DNA of 64,000 nt, taken from Eledone cirrhosa (Eukaryota). A model generated the notes under the pieces. It was not told the DNA's origin. It saw only the letters and a list, made by a program, of their open reading frames with translations, and searched no databases. Location: positions 85,746,001 through 85,810,000 of the forward strand of contig OZ024740.1 in assembly GCA_964016885.1 (NCBI GenBank). The letters run 5' to 3'. Below, piece after piece: positions 53,198 through 64,000 of the stretch; position 1 is the stretch's first letter, and each line of letters opens with the position of its first letter. The translations under genes were made by a program, and so were the position numbers.

Positions 53198-56100
53198 AAC
53201 AATAATAGTAGGAACAGTATCAACAAAAACAACAATAATAACAACAGCCACAATAACAGTAACAACAGTAACAGTATCAACGAAAACAACAACAACACCA
53301 ATAACTGTACCAACGAAAACAACAACAATGACACCGATACCTGTAATAGCGATCTCAGCACCACCAGTAAGACCAGTAGCGGCAGCAATAGTGGTGCTGC
53401 TGAAAACGGGACCACTTATTTTGCAGGTGTTGCCCGAAATATCGAGACAGTGTTAATCACAGAGGAGGAGATGGTAGTCGCAAGGGCCATGGTGACAAGA
53501 AGCGCAAATAGAGTCTCCCTGAAACCTCCACCCGATATTTTCAAGGACCAGCAGCTACGGACGGTGACTTACCGCACCGTAAGCAAAATCTCACATCGGG
53601 TGGAGAGAGCCACGGAGGCTCAAATCCAAAAGGCCTTGGGGTGCGTCTGGGCACGCAAAACCCACATCATCCGAGGCAGAAAGTACTTCACAGTAGACGT
53701 ACTTTTCGCCACCCCCCAGGAAGCAAAGTCTCACTCTTTGGAAACCCTAAAGAGTGAGAAGATAGTCTTGGTGCCCTCCTACTGCGGGCAGAAAATTGTG
53801 AAGGTCAAAGTGACCCAGGTCCCACCCGACGTGCCCATACCTTGGTTGGCCGCGTCTGTCCTTGCTAGAATCGAGAACAGGACGACCATGCTGCAAGTAG
53901 AAAAAAATAGGGAGAGAGAACTGGTCAGGTATAGGCATGCAAATGCTTATACAAACTGACCAGGAATGTATCGACGCTATCCCCGATATCATAGACTTTG
54001 AGGAAGGACTCCAACTCCCTATAAGTGTAGAAGGAAGACGGCCAAAATGTTATCTCTGTGGGTCGAAGGGTCACCTCAGGGCCTTTTGCCCGCAGAAGAC
54101 AGCGAAGAAGGCCCCTCTCCTTCCAATACCTGGTCCGCTGCTACCAAGAGCAGGGCAGGCAACAAACGAAGAAGCCCCTTCCACGGTGAGTAGGAGGGCA
54201 ACGTCCGTAGCACCCGTACCAAGGCCATGGACAATTAAAGCAGCATCATCAGTGGCGGCAACACCAATAGCTATATTTGAAGTAGCTACACCAGCAACAA
54301 AATTTCCGAAGAGGGCTCCACTACCACCACCAACAGCCGTGGAGCACATACTCCTCCCAGACGCCAGAGAATCCGACATCGAGTTTGAGGCAGGAGTGAA
54401 GTGGCAAACGGTCTGCCACAAAAAACAAAAAACAAAAAAAACCTTAGATTCACCCTCCAAAAGCGAAGGCATACAAAGAGGGGTAAAGGCAGCAAGGAAA
54501 CTTCACCACCACAAGCACAACTGACAACAACAACCACACCACCACCAGCATCACCCAAAACACCAACAACGCAAACACAACAAGACACACACACCAAACA
54601 GCAACAAGAAGAAAACAGCAAAAAAAATCTCCCCTCCCACCAAAAAGTGCATAGCCATAAACATGGCAAAAAAAGAACTCATACAATATATAAAGCAGCA
54701 CACAGACATCACAGAAAAAAACTACTACACCCCACCAACACCAAGAACTCTCCCGACAAACATAAGCATCATCGAAATCTCAGTACAAACCTTTAAACAG
54801 TACAAAGCTTTAAAACAAAAATTCCCCAACGCAGTTGGAGACTTCAGAGGGTCGGTTACCAAGAGGATATACACTGACATCCTCTTGAAAACACCCATGA
54901 CCAGCGAAAGGGACGGTTCTACTGTCCCTTCCCCACACGATCAAGGTAAGTGACCCTTTCTCACTTGCCCCGTTTCTCATCCAACATGGCCGTACTCAGA
55001 ATAGGCAGTATAAATGCACGTGGCCTGGGGTCATCTTGGAAGCAGGGTCACCTGCTCAACGACCTCAGGTCACTAAACATAGATGTGGTGGCCATCAGTG
55101 AAACCAGAATCTCCGAAGCACAAGCCTTCGCACCGATCTTCGGCGACTACGATGTATACGCATCTCCCAGCCGTCCAGGATCGAGGGGGAGGGTTGCCGT
55201 CCTTTTTCGGAGAGGCTTGGATCTCGCGATACGGGCCATATCTTCCTAGATCCAGAAGGTAAGTCGGTGGTGCTGGATGTGACCGACAGCGAAGGCAATG
55301 CTTTCAGGCTAGTAGCCGTCTACGCCCCAACAGGGGCAGGACGGCCAGATTTCTTCAGACGTCTAGAGACCTTTCTTGGAACGTCCCGCTCTTTAGTGTT
55401 AGTGGGCGACTGGAACGGTATCTTGGATGCATGTTGGGATTGTGTGGGGCTAGTGGATAGGGGAGGAGGGAGCAAGAGCCTCACCAACCTGCTCAGACGT
55501 TTTGAACTGTCTGACAGGTATCGACTGGATCACCCGAATGTGCCAATGTGGACATGGACAAACCGCATCGGGTCTTCCAGATCGTATCTCGATAGGGTAT
55601 TCTGCAGGGAACTAGATAAGGCTAGTATAAGTTGTCCACAATTTAAAATAGTCGACCACACAACCACAAATTTGTGATCTGTGAGATCGACATAGACAGA
55701 CTTCATAGACAAGGGCCTGGTTAGTGGAAGCTGAACGCGTCATTCCCGGCGCGCAAAGCCTACAGAGACCGGATTAGCGTATTAGTTAAGCGGGCGTTGA
55801 CGGGAGCGGTCGTCAACAACAGGTGGTGGTTCGCCCTGAAAAGGGCAATTAAAGTAGAGTCGATAAGGTTTAGTAAAGGAGTAGTGATAGAGGAAAATAG
55901 AGTAGAAGGAGAGCTAGTCAGAAAGCTAGAAGAGGCGTTTAGGACAGGCATCGCAACCGACGTGCTTGCGGCGAGATTGGCACTCAACCAATTCTTCAAC
56001 GCAAAACACGAAGGCTGCGTTGTCAGAGCTAGAGCGCGTGCTCTGAAACACGAGGGGACAAAAGCCGTCCAAAAGGCCCGGGTGGTAGAGGCGCGACGTG

Positions 56101-58683
56101 GCAACAATGCTACGATTCGGTCTTTGTCTGACCAAAACGGGTGAGTGATGCTCGAACCCGAGCAGATGTGTGAAGCTTTTCAGCAGAACTTTGCTGAACT
56201 GTTCGGGAGTGGCTGCGGCCCGGATCGGGGCATGGACTTCAGTGCATAACTCGACGGCTCTCGACGACCGCAGCACAGTGTTGCGAAAAGCCAATAACAG
56301 CCGGTGAAATACGGGAACCGATGGCTAACTGCATAAGGGGAAAATCGCCAGGTTTGGATGGTCTGCCCTACGAGCTTTATTCATTTATGCCAGACTTGTT
56401 CGGTGACCTCTTGGCAGACGTCTACTGCAACTGGCAGCATAACGGGAGCATTTCCAGTTTTGTGAGCCGGGGAGCAGTGGCGCTGCTGAGAAAAGACCCG
56501 AACAAGGGGATGTTATCGATAATTTCAGGCCCATAATGCTGCTAAACGCAGAGTTCAAGATTTTGGCCAAGGTGTTAGCAACGAGGTTCTGGTGGGAGAG
56601 GCGCAGACATGCGCCATTCCGGACAGATCCATACACGACAACCTCCACCTCATGTGATACATCATAGAGAGGGTGGTTAAGGAACCTGGCACGGGTGGGG
56701 CCCTGATCAACTTGGATCAATCCAAAGCATTCGATAGGGTCGACCATCGGTACCTGGCGGCGGTCCTCGAGGCAGCCGGTTTCGGGCCCGTTTCCAGGGG
56801 TTGGATCGCAGCAATGTACAGCGACATCTGCTCAGTTGTGAGGGTGAACGGTCACCTGTCGCAGCCGTTCAGCATCATGCGCTCAGTCCGCCAGGGTTGT
56901 CCCCTCTCGTCCCTCTTGTACGTATTGTCTCTCGAACCGTTACTGTACAAACTGGGGGAGATGAGGGGCGTCCCACGCGAACTAGGATGCGGGAAATCCG
57001 AGTCGGCTTACACTGACAACGTCACCGTGGTGGTGTCGAGCACCAGACACGTCCAGATGCTTGGCACCGCTATCAAGGAATACGAAGCGCTGACAGGAGC
57101 AAAGATAAACCAGGAAAAGTCGGTGGGCTTGCAGCTCGGCACCTGGAGAGGAAAGTCCATGCCGTCCAACAGCGTCGTGGGACGTTGGACGGACGGACCG
57201 GTTAAATTGCACGGGGTCTGGTTCGGACCGGACCTCCAGATGGAGAAAAACTGGAACGAGGTGACGAGCAGGGTGGCCTCCCTCACCCAGAAATGGGCCG
57301 AGAGGAAGCTGTGCCTGAAAGGCCGGGCGGATGTGGCGAATGCGTACATCGCATCCGTCATCTGCTACTGCATCACCGTCGTCCCTTGCTCCAGCCCAAC
57401 TCTCACCGAAATAGAGCGCCTCCTTTTCCGCTTTTTGTGGAAGGGACGCGCTCCCATGGTCAGACGATCCATCTGCTGTCAACACCCGTTGCGTGGAGGA
57501 CTGGGCATGCCATGGCTGATGATGCTCAAACATGCGCTGAGGCTGCGACATCTCTGGTGCTTCCTTGATGGTGAACAGGTGTGGTCGCCGTTCGCCAGGC
57601 ACGTTTTCCCACAGCTCGTCTCCTTGACGGAGCTGCAGTCCTGGGTCAGCAAAAGACTAGGGATAGCGCTTGGAAACTGGAATGTCTCCAGGCGCTCACT
57701 GCCCTCTGCCAGCTGGGCACCAGTATCGGTGGAACATCCAACTCGGCGTTCTATAGAGGACTAGTGGAGGGGAAGAGCGACGACATTCTCGGAGAGATCC
57801 TGGGCGTCGAAGAAGATCAGCTGTTTGCTCTCTTCCGGAGAACTTTCAGCCCGGGGCCTATGGATAACTTCAAAAAATCCCTGGCCTGGCAGTGATACCG
57901 GGGAGCACTGCCGGTTCGATATAAGCACTACAGGCACGGAAGTGCCGTCAGCCGAGCCTGTCCGAGATGCGCGGAGAGCGACGAAACCGTCGTGCACGCA
58001 CCCGTTCAATACCCGAGCATTGCTGACTTGTGGAGCTATGTCGAACAGTTGCTGTCGCGTGTAGGACTAATCCAGTTGTCGACTGAGTCCATTGTGCAGA
58101 TGGTCTCGCCGTCTTCCTTCGAGGAGGAAGGGCAGGCGGTTTTCATCTGCCTGGTGGCCATGACGAAAGAGATTGTGTGGTGGACAAGGTTAAAAGGGTT
58201 AAAGACAGACACTTTCCTCTTCGGCGAATCCCTAATTAACTTTTTCAAGTTTCACTTGAAGAGGAAAATCAGGGTGGAGAGGCAAGTGCTGCCTTCTAGC
58301 AAGTTTGTTGAAAGGTGGGTAAATGTAGCGAGAATGGTACGAGTGAACGAGAATGGTACTGAATATACGTCTGTAGTTTGAGAAATGGAAAACTTGAGGG
58401 AAGGCGCTTGCCTTGGTGGTCAGGGTGGCCGTGGTCTTTTGTGTGGTTTTCGCCACGAGTAACCCTCGGTTTCCCCCCTACTGGGGAATGTTTCATTGTT
58501 TCAATTTTTATTTTTATTGTTTATATATATATATATGTTTCTATGTCCTTTTTTTTCTTTTCTTATATAAATAATAAAAATATTTACACGCACAAAACCC
58601 ACATCGTACCGTCCTGTACCGTCCTGTGCCTTCTGTAATGTTTTTCTTGATGTCAGCCCTTGTGGCCAATAAAGAAATCATCA

Positions 58684-58686
<3 letters not shown>
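53198..58686 (+). mobile_element. Older, diverged Tx1 subfamily copy with multiple stops and frameshifts
   Basis: ORF1 CYLCGSKGHLRAFC; APE, RT and zinc-finger fragments; ends AATAAA-(ATC)(ATT)n. Confidence 0.9.

Positions 58687-58751
<65 letters not shown>
58687..58751. repeat. (ATT)n tract closing the LINE stack
   Basis: Direct reading. Confidence 0.95.
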
Positions 58752-59074
58752 TCTATTTCGTGTAAGTGTTAGAGGAACATTCATTAGTGATAGCTAAACA
58801 ATATACAGGGAGAGAAGCAAAATAGGCCAGAGGCAACAACAGTAATTAGCTTTTGATGCAACCGGTACTAGCAGTGAAACCTATGCTAGTTCCGTCAACT
58901 TATCATACACATATGTATATATATATTTATAATATAAAGAAATACACAGATACATGCAGACACATACATATACATGAATATATCCACACATATCCCTGAA
59001 TTTGTGGTGCCAACCTCACCGATGTTGCTCTATGAATAACTGGGACAAAATAATCCAAATGGATTCTATCTCGC

Positions 59075-59190
59075 GTCCTACGGATGTGTTTTGAAACTCT
59101 TTGAGAAGTCGGCCAACCTCACAAAATTCACTATATCTCTGTGATGTAGTGTTTTTGCATAATATGCCACGAAACTACGTAGTCGAGGAC
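59075..59190 (+). ncRNA. Decayed hammerhead (3' half intact)
   Basis: gtcct..(core mutated: cggatg)..cac-GAAA-ctacgtag-TC-gaggac. Confidence 0.4.
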
Positions 59191-59254
59191 TAATACAGGA
59201 ATTTGGGTATGGTATATCTTATTAATTATATCTAATGTTTCTTCTTTCTTTATA

Positions 59255-59318
<64 letters not shown>

Positions 59319-59398
59319 TTAATAAAACTTTTATACTCTGCTATGTATTGAGTACCTTACTTACTGTGGTTACCTCCGATTCAACCCGGAATAACTTA

Positions 59399-59527
<129 letters not shown>

Positions 59528-59900
59528 ACACACACACACATGACTGACTGAATACTCACGTGTGTATTTTTCTCATATTGCCCCGTTTTCACTCTTTGTC
59601 GTTCTATTTATTTTCTATTTATAACTCCATCTTCCGATAAAGGACTACTATCCGAAACAATAAGAGTTTTTTCCTGCTAAGCGTTAAACTAATATATTTC
59701 TTCGATGTACTGTGTCGTTTGTTTTGTTATTTCTGTTTACATTTTGCACACACACGCACACACGCGCGCGCGCACATACACACATACACACACACACACA
59801 TATATATGATTACATATTTATACCCACACATGCATATATATTTTCATAGAGACTTTGATATTCATGCGTACTTTTTACATATATATATGTCTGTGTGTAA

Positions 59901-61204
59901 TCTATATATTTATTTCCACAAATTCAGTATTCCGTGTGTCATAATTCTCGATTATCCTTGGTTCATAGGTTTCAAACGACTCCGCCCACCTCAATGATCC
60001 AAACTTAAATTAATATGCATAATGCCAATGAGGGAGTGAGAGGGGAGAGTAAGAAACAGAGAGGAAAAGTGAACGTTGTGTTGGATACACTATGTATATG
60101 TGTCAGTGTAGAGACGTGTGTGTGTGATGTGTGTGGAAATAAGAGGAGAAGGAAAGCAATAACTATTAACATGTGTGCGTGTGTATGTACGTGCGCGTAT
60201 GTTTATGTGTGTGTGCGTGCATGCAGCGTTCCACAGAAAGTAAAAACTATCAACATGCAGATGGCCGGAATTCAGCAGCAACGGCGTGCTGCGATGGATG
60301 AAGAGCTGGCTGAACAGCGCCAGCGAAATACAGAAGTCCAGAGAATGTGTCGCCAAAGTGCTACTCATTCAATGTGTCGCCAAAGTGCTACTCATTCCAG
60401 TAAAGAGGCGAGAAGGCGAATGGATGATATTAAAAATGGATCATGGCAACCGTGTCATTTTCATATTGGTGGACGAGCAGAGTGTCCACATTGTGGAGCA
60501 TTGCTTTGGAGGCACAAAAAGACGTGGACCACAATGTGCTGTCATAAATGAGCAGTTCAACTAGAATCTTTGCGAATGCCGGATGATGTCACCGGAGTTT
60601 AAAATACTAAGTATGTGGGGTGATCAAGGAGACCGTGGTAGATTACTGCGCAAATATTCGCGGCAAATTAACAATTCATTAGCTTTAGCATCCTCAACGG
60701 CGCCAAACTTAAATTAATATGCATAATGCCAATGAGGGAGTGAGAGGGGAGAGTAAGAAACAGAGAAGCAAAGTGAACGCTGTGTTGGATACACTATGTA
60801 TATGTGTCAGTGTAGAGACATGTGTGTGTGTGATGTGTGTGGAAATAAGAGGAAAGCAATAACTATTAATATGTGTGCGTGTGTATGTGTATGTTTATGT
60901 GTGAGAAACGTGGAACAACCACGTCTATGCAATGATACACGTTTTACAGTCAGGCAGAAGATGAACCATCTCCCAGAGGTCACTATTCTAGGTCGGAGCA
61001 CCTAGAATTGTTCATATACTATGCACAAACGGTACAACGAAGAATCTGGTATATCTGGAAGATTTTTTTACTGTTTTTTGTATCACAGACACCACGGACT
61101 CGCCTCATACTGTAACCAGACAGACATCCCATACAGTCTTTTTCTCTTTTACCTGTCTTCTCTTATCATCTGTTTACCCAGGCGAAGCTGGGTACGTCAG
61201 CTAG
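59901..61204 (+). mobile_element. Non-autonomous Helitron with RepHel N-terminal remnant
   Basis: A|TCTATATAT 5' end; hairpin tacccag-gcgaag-ctgggta (61175-61194) then CTAG|T; CPHCGALLW..MCC..VQL and RQINNSLALAS motifs; internal duplication 59999-60215/60704-60903. Confidence 0.8.
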
Positions 61205-61483
61205 TATATTATTATTTTCAATTAGTGACTCAATACGTTTGTATGTAGAGTGACGTATTTTACTTATACAAACTGTCCTACATTTGTACAGACGTTTAGA
61301 TACTGATAGTAACTATCAAATGTTTGTCATATATGTACACACATGCGTACGCACAGTTGCGTATACACACGGGCATATATACACATACGCATACACAGAA
61401 ATCTTGAACCATATGTGTACTCATATGTGTGCGTGTATGTGTGTCTCTTTTCCTCTCTTTTTATTTCTGTCTTTCGTTCTCAC

Positions 61484-62035
<552 letters not shown>

Positions 62036-62189
62036 CACGTGTGTATGTTCTGTGAAGAATACACATTTCTACAAAAGTACATAAACATGAAAAAATATTT
62101 TAAAGCTGTCAGTGAAACCTGATTTTATCTACCGAATTAAAATAAAATAAACTAAAAACTATGTTGCGCAAAGATTTATGTTGATGGAC

Positions 62190-64000
62190 CAACAACAACA
62201 AGGACGACAACAACAACAACAAGGACGACAACAACAAAAAGGACGACAACAACAACAAGGATGACAACAAAAAAAAGGACGACAACAACAAGGACGACAA
62301 TAACAACAAGGACGACAACAACAACAGCGACAGCAACAACAACAAGGACGACAACAACAAAAAGGACGACAACAACAAGGGCGACAATAACAGCAAGGAC
62401 GATAACAAGAACGACGACTAAGACAACAATCACAAGGTCCACAATAGAACACAACGACAACATCCAACACTACCACCACCACAGCAAGAACATCAACAAC
62501 AACAGCAGCACCACCATCACCACCAACACTGCCACCACCAACACCAGCAACACCACTGACGATAACAACAGCAATAACAACAACTACAACACCACTGACA
62601 ACAACAAAAACAACAACCACAACACAACTGACAATAACAACAACAACAACCACAACACCACTGACAACAACAACAACCACAACACCACTGACAATAACAA
62701 CAACAACAACCACAACCCCACTGACAACAACAACAGCAACAACAACAACCTCAACCACAACACCACTGACAACAACAACAACCACAACACCACTGACAAC
62801 AACAACAACAACCACAACACAACTGACAACAACAACAACAACAACCACAACACCACTGATAACAACCACAACAACCACAACCACAACACCATTGACAACA
62901 ACTATAACCACTACACCACTGACAACAACAACAACAACTACAACACCACTGACAACAACAACAACAACCACAATACCACTGACAACAACAACAACCACAA
63001 CACCACTCACAACAACAACAACAACAACAACCACAACACCACTGACAACAACAACAACAACAACAACAACACCACTGACAACAACAACAACAACCACAAC
63101 ACCACTGACAACAACAAAAACCACAACACCACTGACAACAACAACCACAACAACAACACCACTGACAACAACAAACACAACCACAACACCACTGACGACA
63201 ACAACAACAACACCACTGACAACAGCAACAACAACAACAACAACCACAACACCACTGATAACAGCAACAACACAACCACAACACCACTGACAACAGCAAC
63301 AACAACACCACTGACAACAGCAACAACAACAACAACCACAACACCACTGACAACAGCAACAACACAACCACAACACCACTGACGACAACAACAACAACAG
63401 TAACAACAACAACAACAACCACAACACCACTGACAACAGCAACAACAACATCCACAACACCACTGACAACAACAACAACAACCACAACAACAACACCACT
63501 GACGACAACAACAACAGCACCACTGACAACAACAACAACCACAACCACAACACCACTGACAACAACAACCACAACACCACTGACAACAACAACAACAACC
63601 ACAACCACAACACCACTGACAACAACAACAACAACAACACCACTGACGACAACAACAACAACAACACTACTGACAACAGCAACAACAACAACCACAACAC
63701 CACTGACAACAACAACAACAACCACAACCACAACACCACTGACAACAACAACAACAAATACAACACCAGTGACAACAACAACAACAACAACAACCACAAC
63801 ACCACTGACAACAACAACAACCATAACAACAACACCACTGACAACAACAACAACCACAACACAACTGACAACAACAACAACAACAACAACAACCACAACA
63901 CCACTGACAACAACCACAACCACAACACCACTGACAACAACCACAACCACAACACCACTGACAACAACAACAACCACAACACAACTGACAACAACAACAA
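62190..64000. repeat. (CAA)-derived minisatellite running off the window end
   Basis: Units aaggacgac(aac)n at 62190-62430, then cacaacaccactgac(aac)n of about 21-33 bp. Confidence 0.92.

Noticed and set aside
46141-58496. Antisense and overlapping ORFs within Tx1 and CRE copies
   Set aside because: Expected shadows of GC-richer coding sequence; no recognisable domains.
62159-64000. 613-aa and other long ORFs in the terminal repeat
   Set aside because: Low-complexity repeat lacking stops on both strands, with frame changes.

Overview
Eukaryotic, AT-rich, microsatellite-dense DNA. The SINE families and (TA)n/(CA)n density point to a cephalopod, probably Octopus (inference). No host protein-coding exon was recognised; essentially all identifiable sequence is retroelement- or repeat-derived. 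Contents: (i) R4/Dong-type RLE LINEs, two in (TACA)n tracts (6.3-11.8 kb) and two in (TAA)n (42.6-45.6 kb); (ii) a head-to-tail stack of Tx1-clade LINEs in the same (ATT)n tract (45.7-58.7 kb), one nearly intact; (iii) a GC-rich CRE-clade fragment, an internally deleted RTE and a non-autonomous Helitron; (iv) many Penelope-like element (PLE) pieces from several lineages; (v) tRNA-derived SINEs and a (CAA)-derived minisatellite. The most notable signal is a population of short elements lodged in (TA)n/(CA)n tracts that carry minimal type I hammerhead ribozyme (HHR) motifs: about 6 well-formed and several decayed. In five fold-back insertions from three families the inversion point lies at the hammerhead GAAA/stem II, suggesting ribozyme-linked snap-back during reverse transcription. 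All calls were made by eye; no searches or folding programs were run.
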